This document shows positions 39,460 to 51,220 of a stretch of DNA of 64,000 nucleotides, piece by piece. A program made the position numbers and the translations under genes. The stretch comes from Botryllus schlosseri (lineage: Eukaryota), in assembly GCA_051294905.1 (NCBI GenBank), contig CM119371.1, positions 3,164,001 to 3,228,000 of the forward strand. The letters are read 5' to 3'. Position 1 is the first letter of the stretch. Each line of letters starts with the position of its first letter. The notes under the pieces are model-generated. The model saw nothing but the letters and a program-made list of their open reading frames with translations. It did no database searches and was not told where the DNA came from.

Positions 39460-41048
39460 CTGAATACAAGATGTGAAAAATGTGACAGCGACGTATTGTG
39501 ATGAATATGTGCAGGGAAATATTGTACATGCATCTGAAATCTGATGACCATATGTACAGCACACTTGATAAGGAAGCAGCAAGTTTCTGATCAAATTCAA
39601 GTTTTTGATATTGGCTTTCGACTTCCACACACTTGCCACAAACAAATATGGCGTTCATTTTGATGTTAGGGTGACATTATAGAGAAGTGGTCGGCAACCC
39701 CTGGCTCTGGGGTCAGGATCCCAAGCAGGGTCACCTGAACTTTTCCTGGCGTCGCCATGACTCGACATATATATCACTGTTTCAATTTAATAGTGAAAAT
39801 CGCCTAATAGTTTAATGTTCTTGTTCTATGTTCGGATTAGTTACAGTAAGTAGGCGTGCGGTACTGGAATTCAACGGACAATGTTCAGCCAGTGGATTCG
39901 TGTCTGAAGCTATCTTCAAATTACCTTCACTTTACCATATTTGTAAGTTGGCAGACTGCTACTGAGATGCCAACCATTGAATATTGAGGCAAAGCTATCC
40001 ATTGCGGCAAGCTGCAAGCTGTGATATGCATGCAAGCGTGTTACAGCGCACATTGTCAGTTGTCACAGTAGTAAAATAATATAATGACAAGGTATCTATC
40101 TTTGTTCTATAGATTGGTCATTGGTGCTAGTTGATCACCTTCAACTAATTTCTGATATTCTAAATCGAATTCGAAGATAGTTTGCAAGTTTATATTACTA
40201 GACAAGCATTAGCGTAGGCTTCATTTGTATCCCATGGATATGTAGTTAGCTAATGTATCATATCAATTTGTTTGCGAGATCTAAGGTTTTGTGTTCTATT
40301 CTCTATTTTGGCGGAAATAGTAAAGACTGCTGACTACTTCGAAAAGACAACTTCACTTGAATTGTGACTTGGCTTGTGACTTGACGCGACGCGACTCGAG
40401 TCACCTCCATAAATAGAGTGACTTGACTTGACTCGAGTCAATTTCAGAAATCGATTGACTTGACTCGAGTCAAAATGTGCAATGAATCGAGCTGACTTGT
40501 GACTTGAAACTAGCGACTTTATCCCAACACTTCTGGCAGAAGAGAGGGACATAGGTCAAGGCATATTTTGCATCATATACCCATGGCTCAGCAACTACAT
40601 GATACTATAATAGAGTTGTGCGAGACACAGATGAATAGCTTTGCGCAGCATGTAGGCAACTAGAGTGGAACATGACGTTATTGAAAAATTATTCATTTTT
40701 CGTTCCTCATGGTAGTTTTCTGAAGAAAATGGCTACAACCTAAAAAAATTTCATAACTTTATGATTAATTTGATACCACATCATTTTTAGAGCGCACTGC
40801 CCCATAAAAAACAATCATTTTAGAATACTTTTGTCCATTAACATTTTTTTGTAACTGTAGCTTCAGCAATGCTTGGAATATTTTTTCTGTATCGTGAAAC
40901 AAAAAGAGGTTGCATGTCAATGCTGGTTATATTTTTGTTTCAATGGGGGTCACCTATTAAGAAGCTGTCGACCAGTGGTCTGGAGTAGGCCAGCCCCAGA
41001 ATACTGACAATTTTTTTTGCTGAATATTGGACTGCACAATGCACATAC

Positions 41049-41193
41049 CTGTGCATAAGAGACCGTCCCTGCCAAGATGCAAATTCCTCTTGCATTCCAT
41101 CTTATTCTTTCACTTCTTCTGATAATTTGGCATCCTTTCACGTCTGCTCACGGCTTGATTAACTCGAATCTCATTCCCGTCCAGGTTGTTGCC
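41049..41193 (-). pseudogene. RBM28: RBM28-like exon A, copy 2
   Basis: AG/GT-bounded; GNNLDGNEIRVNQAVSR...KRNLHLGRDGLL; contains a stop. Confidence 0.8.
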
Positions 41194-41246
41194 CTGCAAT
41201 GGTAGCCACAAAGTCACAAATATGTTTACAGATAGACTTGTACAAT

Positions 41247-41728
41247 GGGGGGAGTTGAAAAAAACGACTTTTTTTGAAATTTGATTTTTCAAATCGTCAG
41301 GTACCTTAAAAAAGCGTGGCACACCAAATTTGACTAAAGTCCAACCAGTAGATGCCGAGGTCATTCAAATTGAAATTTTAGTAATTTTATAAATAATAAT
41401 ATTTACGGTGACCAATGTCGACACTCCGACATGACCAAAAATCCTGTTCCAGGTATGCCTGAAGAGGTAGGATGTCTTTTCCACTTGTTTTGATCTTGAC
41501 AAGGCCCTATGGTGGAGTGTGGATGAAGACATCGCCAGTAAACGAAAAAAAGATGTGGCACGGATTAGCTGGAAATTATTCCACTTCATTGAAATAGACA
41601 CGTTTAAACGATGGTGAGATAATTTTCAAATAGAGTAGGACTACTTTACACACTGAAATTAAATGACCTGACGATTTGACAACCAAGTCGATTAAATTTG
41701 GAAAAAAAAAGTTTTTTTGAACACCCCC
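41247..41728. mobile_element. MITE with GGGG..GTT.AAAAAA ends and AT flanks
   Basis: GGGGGGAGTTGAAAAAAAC / GTTTTTTTGAACACCCCC with AT on both sides. Confidence 0.65.
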
Positions 41729-42052
41729 ATCTTGCAGCCAATGCTAGCTCAGAATCATGACTACTGACAGCCTGAGGATGGCTTTTGAGCGTCAGAACTC
41801 CTATTTCAAGCTCGAAGCCGATTCTATCTCCAGTACTTCTTAGTTAATTCGTGATTCAGTAGTTTGTATTATCATCAGTTTATTAGTTCGTTGTGTTTTA
41901 GTTAGTAATGTATCAGATTTTCAAACGTTGTCAGTTCTAGATCTGATTAAAGTTGCAAGTTTTGTGAAGTGAGTGCAAATCCAGTAGTTTTACAAGTCTG
42001 GTTACGGCGCCGGAATAGTGGTTTAAAAGTAAGCACGGGCGTATCTACACAC

Positions 42053-42165
42053 GTTTTTCTAACCATTCAGCGAGTCGATACAATTTGTCACTTCTTCAAA
42101 AGTGAAGTCTTGAATTGGACGAGAGCACATCCCTTGCACATGCCAATGGTGGAATTGATGGAGAC
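42053..42165 (-). pseudogene. RBM28: RBM28-like exon Z, copy 3
   Basis: NSTIGMCKGCALVQFKT then frameshift to TNCIDSLN. Confidence 0.75.
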
Positions 42166-42385
42166 CTGAACACCAGATGTCAAAGTGACAGCAACATATT
42201 AAAATATACGAAAACGTGCTAGAAAACAATCAACATGCATCTGATCACCATACGTACAATGCATCTAATATCAAAAAGGAAGCATCAAGTTTCTCATTAA
42301 ATTCGACTTTTTATATTTGCTTTCGACTTCCACGCACTTGCCGTGAATACACATTGAGTTCATTTTAATTTTTGGATGACGATTT

Positions 42386-44400
42386 TGATTCACATAATTG
42401 GGATTTTTTGTCAACTTGACTTGAGTCGAGCAATTTTCTTGGAAAATGGAAATGGAAAATGACTCGAGTCAACTTGAGACACTTTATGTGTGGTGTCAAC
42501 TTGTAGGCCTACTACAGTCATTGCGCAAGTCTCAATGAAGTCATATGACTCAAACATTATATACAACTTGATTGAAGTCTCGTGTATCAGGATCAATACT
42601 TGACTCTGCGACTCGAGTCAAGACGAGTCAAGTCATGACTCGATTTATTACAAGCCTGAATGTAGCCACGGTATTGTCATAAAGGATATTGTTACGAAAA
42701 TCTTGTCTATCCGCGTTTCTGTTGCTCATTATCAGTTACTCAAAAAGATGATTCTTGCCATTTTAAAAGCTAGTACTGGGAAATTATTACCAAAAGCTTG
42801 CGTCTCATTCAGACAATCTATTTGGTAAAACAACTTATACTCATGTACTCATCAGAACTTCTACTTTTGAATATTACTTCAAGTAGTTGTAACAAGTCTC
42901 AAATCGCCCATAATTGATGAGAAATTAAGGGGTCGACTTCAGACTTCCTACCAAGTGTCGGAGATTTATCTAGGCTCCCCCTTGTCATATCATCTGTGTA
43001 AGCGGTGTCTTACAAAAGCCCAGACGCGGGCCGTGCTACAAGTCGGCAGCTAAAGGATAGAAATGAAGAAAATTGGCCTGGTTTTAATGACCATGGTAGT
43101 CAACAAACACCATGAACACCACAAACAACAACATAATTACTCCTACTTCAACCACAAGATAGTGCAAGGCTAGTGCTAGAGCTAGAAACTGTGTTTACCT
43201 GTAGTCATACACATGTTAGGAGTGAAAAGAATGAGTATATCATGGTTTTTACTGGTGCTGCCAACAACCAGTGTTGGGATGACTCGAGTCACTTTTTTCG
43301 TATGACTTGACTTGGTGTGTCAGAAATGTGGTTTGACTCGTGACTTGGAGAAAAGGTTTCGAGTCTATTTCAAGTCATCAAGTAACAGTGTCGATAAAAA
43401 TGGCTGATCTTGCATATATTCGAATTGTTCTCGATACGCTGGTGTGACATGTAAGAGTGAGTAATCACTATTTTGAATGATAATTATAGATTGAGGCTAT
43501 ACGGTTATTTGAGTACTTTATCAGTTCTACCAATGCGTGGGCGATACGAAGCCTTTTTTTACATGTATTTTAAACTAGGTATAGTCGTCCCACGGTTCCA
43601 AACTAATGGCAACTTCCAAACAGCTACCGGTATCAAAATGAGATGACGCAATTTTGCTTCGTACTTCAAAAAATCAACTTGAATTGAACTATGACTTGAC
43701 TCGTGACTTGACTTGACTCGACTTAACTCGAGCCACCTTTGAAAATAGGATGACTTGACTTGACTCTAGTCAAATGTTAATGACTTGAAATGACTCGTGA
43801 CTCGAAGGTGGTGACTTGGTTCAAACACTGCCGACAACACGCCACTATTCGGATCTGAAATCATGGATTTGCCAAAATAATGTAATTTATAATTCACTCA
43901 CTTTTCACCTCCTCGTGTGTCAGTTGAACATTTATGTTTGTCAGATTCCGACTGAACGGTTGAGATTGTCATGCAAACGTCTTTCACGAAAGAAATTTAG
44001 ATGTATCGGAGGAACAGCCTCTCAAATGAGATCTTATGTACGATGATATTCTGATGGAAATCCACTGTAATAAAATAAGAAGTAGTTGTATAAATTAGAT
44101 TCAGTAAATCTAACCATCTATAAAAGGATAGCACCCGACTATATTCATCTATTTCCTATAGTCACAGGCCGAAATGGTCAGGTTTTCCTCGGTGTTACTC
44201 AGGTAGAAGTAACATCATACGTTTCTACTCAAGTGCAATTTATAAGTAACTTGAAAGACAAATGCCAGTTTTGCCAGAAAAATGAAAACTGTTCAGGTAG
44301 AAGTGTAAGTAGTCCTAAATCATAACAACTCGAGTACGGTAATTAGTACTAGTATGCAAAACTTATTTGAGATTTAAGTACTTTAAAAAAAAATTAAAAT
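42386..44400 (+). repeat. Segmental duplication, copy 2
   Basis: Paralog of 34838-37145; lacks about 300 bp of the MITE interior. Confidence 0.9.
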
Positions 44401-45109
44401 TACTTCATTACTGACCACCACTGCTTGCAGAGGACCGGATTTGGTTTTCTAGTTTATTTCACGTCCAAGCTTAGCAATGGATGTGTGTGCTTGAAGCAAG
44501 ATGAAATATATTTTGAGCATCGGCGGCTACATCGGAACGATCAGCAAAGGTTTAGTGATCGGTTTGATGGGTAGTTCATGAGATATCCGGTAATAGTCAG
44601 GCTCTAGTTCAACAAACAATGGCAGGGGGCAGACTAGTACACCATACTCAACCAACCATTGGACCGGGAACCACTTAATTTTTAAAACAAGCAGCTATAA
44701 CTACTTATTTTCAAAACTAGTAACTAGAATTACTCATTTTTCAAAATTCGCTACTAGAAACAGAAATTTAATTACTCAATTTTTAACAATTAGCAACTTG
44801 AGTTGGAACTACGCTATTTTTAAAATCCGTCACTAGAACTAGAACTACTTATTTTTCAAAACTAGCAATTAGAACCGGAACTACTCAAGTTTTCAAAACA
44901 AGTAACTACAAATAGAAGTATAATCACTCAATTTTTGAAAATTAGCAACTGTAGTTAAAACCGGAACTACGATCTTTTCAAAATCCGTAGCTAGAACTAG
45001 GAATGGCTACTAGGGTGGAGTGAAAAATGTATAATTTTAAATTTTAAAACGGACACTTGATATGTGGTGCCAAATAAAAAAAAATCCCATAATAATTTTG
45101 GGCTCGTGC

Positions 45110-45620
45110 ACCCTCTAGTTGTCGAAATTGACTAGACTTTACTATAGTCAATCTGTATAATGACTCAGTTTGAACGCGAGTCATTGCGCATGACTCTGAC
45201 CAAGCGATATGACTCGAGTCTGAAACGGCCAAGACCAACATACCATTGCAATTTCGAAGAATAGTGAAGTAACCACAGTGTTGGTATTTCATCAATTGCT
45301 ACTGCTACCGGTACTTGAAAATGCAATCTGAAGCTGTTCAAAACGCGAAAATCAGTTTATATGTTTTAAATGTTAACCATTCAATATCGCCAGATATCGT
45401 TATGAAAAGTAGTTTTAACAAGACTAAATCGAAACTGAGCAGTCAACGCAATGACTTCGACTCAGACTCGATTCATAATATCATGACTTGGACTTGACCC
45501 TCTGCTCGCTGACTTGGACTCGGAATGACTCGATGGTGAATTAAAAATGACTCGACTTGACTCTAGTTGAAACTATAAAAGTAAGATTGACTTGGGACTC
45601 GGAGCCTGTATGGTTGTCAC
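45110..45620. mobile_element. GACTCGAGTC-family MITE, degenerate, reverse orientation
   Basis: Body similar to 61833-62262 and to the reverse complement of 32505-32985. Confidence 0.65.
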
Positions 45621-45864
45621 TAAATGATTAAGAACTTCAACGTCACAAGATTTGAAAATAATACGTTCTGTTTTGGAATAACCGCAATATCAGACTACAG
45701 CTTCACTGACTACATCTACTTACTCAACCTTGTAAATTGTGAATTTAACACTCACACACATACCTACACACAATCCCGAAGCCTGTACAATACATAAACA
45801 GAGCACGTCAGCACCACAATACCGACAAGTTTGTGCTGAATATTGAATATTGGCACTCACGTAC

Positions 45865-45977
45865 CTGGTCATAGGAGGTCGAGACACAAATTACTCTTGT
45901 CCTCCTTTTGATTCTTTAGTTTCTTCTGTTGAAGCACATTGATAGCTTTGAATCTCACTCCCGTTCATGATCTTGCC
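45865..45977 (-). pseudogene. RBM28: RBM28-like exon A, copy 3
   Basis: AG/GT-bounded; GKIMNGSEIQ.../QQKKLKNQKEDKSNLCL; deletions and a stop. Confidence 0.7.
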
Positions 45978-46976
45978 CTGAAACAATACCCAAACACACA
46001 GTTACAGCCAGATTTATACATACTACGAATCTAGTCAGTCGATGGTCATTAACTACTGGTTATCCCGTAGTTCTAGTTCTAGTAAACAATTTTTTTTTAA
46101 TGCGAGTAGTTCTTGTTGCATTACGGAATAAGTTAGTAGCGAAACTATAAAACACGTGTCACCGTTCTGTGAATCGTGATATCGGTGTTCTATTGTGCGT
46201 TGTTCTTGCATTGCTAGCTAAGAGTCATCACTACTAACAGTGGTTAAACCCGGTGGTGGGTTTTGATTCACGGAACCCCTTTCATCGCTAGCTCAATATC
46301 CTGGCCTTTTGTAATGCCGAATCTCCATTATTTGTTAGGTTGTTTCTGATTCAGTAATTCGTATTATCCATTATTAGTCAGCTCTGTTTTAGTTAGTTGG
46401 TTTCAAGTTATCAACGATAGTTAGTTCTATAAAATATAGTCTAGTTGTGGTTGCGAATTTTGGAAAATGAGTACCGTACAGATTTTGCAAATCCAATAGT
46501 TAGTAAAGGTCTTGTTGCAGCGCCGTATCAGTGGATTGAAAGTACCACTTAGCATGGACGCATACACATTAGTGCGGAGCATGGACCGGAGCCGGGTTGG
46601 ATATCCGGCCGGATTTTTTTAAATTTTGGTTGGACCGGATCGGAGCCGGATCAGTACTTCTTTGATAAGGCCAGAATCTCTACGGATAAGCATGACGTTT
46701 GTAACTAAATAACTACCAACCAACAACACGCAAGTAACCGCCAAGCCAGCGCGAAAAGAAACGAGCTAATTCAGTAATTTGTATTATTATCAGTTGTTAG
46801 TTAGTTGTTTTTTAGTTGGTACGGCATCAGATTTTCAAGTGTCGTTAGTTCTATATCTGATTGAAGTAGCAAGTTTTGCGATGTGAGTACAGATTTTGGA
46901 CATCCAGTAGTTTGTACAAGTCTGGTTATGGCGCCAGAATTGTGGTTTAAAAGTAAGCATGGACGTATCTACCCAC

Positions 46977-47070
46977 GTTTTTCTTACCATTCAGCGAGTC
47001 GATACAATTTGGTATGGAATTGGACGAGAGCACATCCCTTACACTTGCCAATGGAGGAATTGATGGAGAT
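46977..47070 (-). pseudogene. RBM28: RBM28-like exon Z, copy 4
   Basis: NSSIGKCKGCALVQF with an internal deletion. Confidence 0.7.
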
Positions 47071-47801
47071 CTGAATGCAAGATGTCAAAGTGACAGCAAC
47101 ATATTGAAATATACGAATACGTGCTGCAAAACAATGAACATGCATCTGATCACAATACGTACAATGCATTTAATATAGAAAAGGAAGCATCAAGTTTCTC
47201 ATTAAATTAACTCTTTATATTGGTTTTCGACTTCCACGCAATTGCTGTTAACACACATTGAGTTCATTTCGATTTTTGGATGACGGATATTGATCAGTGA
47301 TCGGCAAATTGTGGGTTGTGACTCCAAGCGGGGTCACCTAAACTATTTGTGGGGTCGCAATGACTTGATGTCGTTCAAGTCAGGTAGATTCGTATATTAA
47401 CTATCATAAAATTTCCTTCACTTTATCATATTTCTCAGTGGGTCAGACTGATACTGATATGCCAACGTTTGCATATTGAGGCATAATTATCCATAGAGAC
47501 AAGTTTCAAGCTGTGATTTGTGAGCGCGTTTGTGAAAGCATGGGCTGTTGTAATGGCTTTGTGCAGAAGAGAGATAAATGTGATATTTTGCATCATTCGC
47601 TCATGGCTAAAGTTGTTCAAGACACAGATGAATAGCTTCGCGCAGCAAAGAGGCAACTGGAGTGGCACATGGCGGTATTGAAAAATCATTGCGGTAGTTT
47701 TCTACGGCGAAATATAGATAGAGGATAAGCTCACATTGCTCCATTGAACAACTGCTCCAATGTCATTGCAAAAAATGCTAACAGTTCTGATGTTGACATA
47801 C

Positions 47802-47956
47802 CTTCAACTTTTATCGACGACACTTCTAGGAAGTTGCGAACACAAAGTCCAGTTGTAGAGAAAGAGACGTTTGGATTTTTCAGGCCTGTTTTGCCTTTTC
47901 AATCAATCCACGTTTCTTCCATTCTATTGTGATGAGATCTTCAGCGGCTTGCGTTC
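47802..47956 (-). pseudogene. RBM28: RBM28-like exon B, copy 2
   Basis: AG/GT-bounded; GTQAAEDLITIEWKKR.../LKNPNVSFSTTGLCV/LPRSV; frameshifted paralog of 28832-28998. Confidence 0.8.
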
Positions 47957-48725
47957 CTACACATAAAGACACAGTTGGTCAATGTAGTGAGCATTGCAAT
48001 TTTCTATTAGTGTTAATTGGTTAATCGAAGGTGGATAATTTCGACGTAGCTTCACGACTAAGGCAAAATGATTCATGACACTAACACACAATACACAGGT
48101 AGCATCTTCAAAGCTATTTTCAAATACTGTGACACAGGGGGCAGTCATTCGCTAAAATAAGTGATGCAACTTATCCTAAAAACCAATTAAAACCTATCAA
48201 AATTCAAATTGTGAGAGAAGTAGTTTGATCCCAAATTTGGCTTGTGTGTTGTCTAAAAACATAACAAGAAGTTCATCATGCAGTTCAAGTATGGTACCGT
48301 ACTGAAAATTTTCATGAATTAAAATGTAGTCAGATGCTACTGAAGTAATAATTTACACAGTAAAATTCAAGTTGTAACATTGTTTACACACTTTACAAGT
48401 TGATGGATGAGAGTCATTAAAATAGCTAAAAAGGTTGAAAACCACTGGTCGATATGGAGTCATACGGGAACAATATCGCTTAGAAATTATGCTGATTCAA
48501 TAAGATACAAATGTATCCAAAGCTGATCGTTACTTTGACAAAATGTGTTATCCGGAAGTTTATGATGTCGTGACACGCCATAGACTGCAGGTCCGCCCAA
48601 TATATTACAATTTCGAATCTCAATCTGAAAATGCAACAAGTTGTAGGCTAGTCCTCTTGTGAGAAAATACACATCAAATTTTGAGGTGATTTAGAAATTC
48701 GTTACGTAGCATTCTGCATCGTGTC

Positions 48726-49189
48726 TAGGGCTGAGAAAAATCGAGTACCTGAATGAATCGATTCTGAATCAAGAAATATGCTTTGAGCCATGTCAAGTAA
48801 TCTAGTATCACTCATTACGATGTCCTGCCGTTTTTCCCACCACAAAGATTACTATATATCGCCTGTTAGCCATCTTATAGAATATGCTTTAGTATAGTTT
48901 TCGACCATACCGATTTCATTCCACTCGGTGACAATGTTGTGTGATATTCTTTGGAAATGTGCTTCGCCCAGTAACCTTCGTAGCTTTGTACTAAATGTTC
49001 CGTATGCTACAATACAGCCAATAAGGTTTAGAGGCTTCGAAAGTGAAAATAAGTACCACAACTATAATTCTTGTTCATAAATAAACTTTCATTGGTGAGA
49101 AGCCTATAATTTCAATACTACTCGACTCGAATCATTGAAATTAATGCTCCATTCAGACTCGAGTTCTTGAATCATCGTGCTCAGCCCTA
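48726..49189. mobile_element. hAT MITE (TAGGGCTGAG ends)
   Basis: TIRs TAGGGCTGAG / CTCAGCCCTA; TSD ATCGTGTC / ATCCTGTC; paralogous empty site near 30291-30330. Confidence 0.85.
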
Positions 49190-49751
49190 ATCCTGTCATG
49201 ATAGACTTGATGACCTACTTTTGACTTACCATGACAACACAATTTACAATGCTGTAATTAATATATCAAACTGTTTAAAGCAGCCTATAGCCTACAACTC
49301 GTTTCAGAAGATTTTTATTAGTGAAGTCGAAGAACACTAGCCAGAAAAAAATCGTAAAATTTCAACCGTACATTCCATGTACATCTGAACGTAAAATAGA
49401 GTTTAACCCACACCGAAGTTGCAGCCCTTTGAAAATAAACCCAAGAATTAAAGTAAAGATGGTGGTTCTTAACAGGACTGCGCCTGACGGAAACTTCAAC
49501 CAGTTAGATTTGTGTCAGAAGCATGTTGGAAGTTGTCTCGATTCTATCATATTTGACAGGGTGTAGGACTGATACCGAGATGCCAATGATTGTATATTGA
49601 GGTATATTGAGCTATTAATACAGAGGTGATTTTCAAGCTGTGATATGTTATCGTATTTATGACCTCACAACCTGTCGTGGTGGTCTGGAAGAGAGGCACA
49701 TGGGATATTTGGCATTGGCATCATTTGCCCATGGCTCAGCAGTAAGAAGAT

Positions 49752-50648
49752 GACTCATTCCATTATAATTTAGAAAATTTTCTGACATTTGTAATGCATA
49801 CCCTCAGAATTGTTCAATATTTACAAATGTTGTTCTTTTTTGAATTCTGGGTACATTAAAAAAATTAGAGTGAAAAATTTCCAGCGGTTCAAAAGATAAT
49901 GCGATTCAAAATTCTCATGTCACTAGGTGGCGCTGCACGCAAAAATCTTAAGAATCCATATTTTTTGCTGTAATGATGGTGGAGAATCAATTAAAATGTC
50001 TAATTATACAATTTTGAGGCCAAGGAATTGAAAAAAATCAACATTTTCGCGTTAAACTCGAAGAAAAAAATTATCTTTGCATTAAGTGATTGATTATAAT
50101 AGTAGTTACGGTGAGCAGATTTGCACTTCTGCCCACCGCAACTACTATTATAACCAATAACTAAATCTAAAGATAATTTTTTTTCGTGATTTCCTCGAGG
50201 AATAGAGATTAATTTTAAAATCCTATTTTTTATCAAACATACTGCTTCAGAGTACATTTAACAATAATTATTTTGTGTAATCGGTATCCTACATGGATTT
50301 TCAAATCCACTCCCCCCAATTTTGTTTTGTCCGTAACTGTTTTTCTTCGAGTTTAGAGCGAAAATGTTGATTTTTTTCAATTCCTTGGCCTCAAAATTGT
50401 ATAATTAGACATTTTAATTGATTCTCCACCATCATTACAGCAAAAAATATGGATTCTTAAGATTTTTGCGTGCAGCGCCACCTAGTGACATGAGAATTTT
50501 GAATCGCATTATCTTTTGAACCGCTGGAAATTTTTCAATCTAATTTTTTCTAATGTACCCAGAATTCAAAAAAGAACAACATTTGTAAATATTGGACAAT
50601 TCTGAGGGTATGCATTACAGCCCCTGATTAGTTATAATGGAATTAGCC
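49752..50648. mobile_element. Palindromic MITE with about 280-bp inner inverted arms and apparent 4-bp TSD
   Basis: Arms 49790-50069 and 50340-50619; outer ATTCCATTATAA / TTATAATGGAAT; AGAT on both sides; paralogous uninterrupted site near 40581-40650. Superfamily unresolved (a 4-bp TSD is compatible with Sola). Confidence 0.75.
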
Positions 50649-51069
50649 AGATAGTACCTGATAGTTGGTCAACAAACAGATGAATAGATTTGCGCAGCCG
50701 TGGAAGCATGGATACAACTGGAGTGGAACACGGTGTTATGGAAAAAAATTTATTTGCACTACGGTGGCTTTTTGAAGAAAATATCAGAGGTCAAAAATTA
50801 TTTTCTCATTTTATTTTAAATTGAAGGCCATTTCATATTTAGAGCGCAATACCACTGAAAACAATCATTTTAGAATACTTCTGTGTATCCACATTTCCAT
50901 CATTACTCGTTAGATCTTTTTCATTATCAGAAAACAATATGTGGTCTAATGTAAATGCTGGTTATATTTCCATTTATTTCCTCTTGAAAAAATTGCCAAC
51001 CACTCAAAAAGAGTACGTCACCACCACTATAGTAAAAAATTTGTTCTGTATGTTAACCCCCACAAGTAC

Positions 51070-51220
51070 CTGGTCGTACGAGCCTTGATCTGCCAAGATG
51101 CAAATTCCTCTTGTCCCCCTCTTAATTATTTTGCTTCTTCTGTTGGTTGAGCAACCTTTACACTTTAGTTCTGCTCACAGCTTGATATACTCGAAGCTCA
51201 CTCCCGCCCAGGGTCTCGCT
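51070..51220 (-). pseudogene. RBM28: RBM28-like exon A, copy 4
   Basis: 151-bp AG/GT exon: SETLGGSELRVYQAVSRTKV*RLLNQQKKQNN*EGDKRNLHLGRSRLVRPG (compare LDGRQLKVDLAVTR...RNLYLAREGLIRAG); two in-frame stops. Confidence 0.85.

Noticed and set aside
39311..39658. 115-aa ORF with CGKC as a zinc-finger protein
   Set aside because: No second Cys/His pair at valid spacing; the region is better explained as a frameshifted RBM28 RRM3 remnant.
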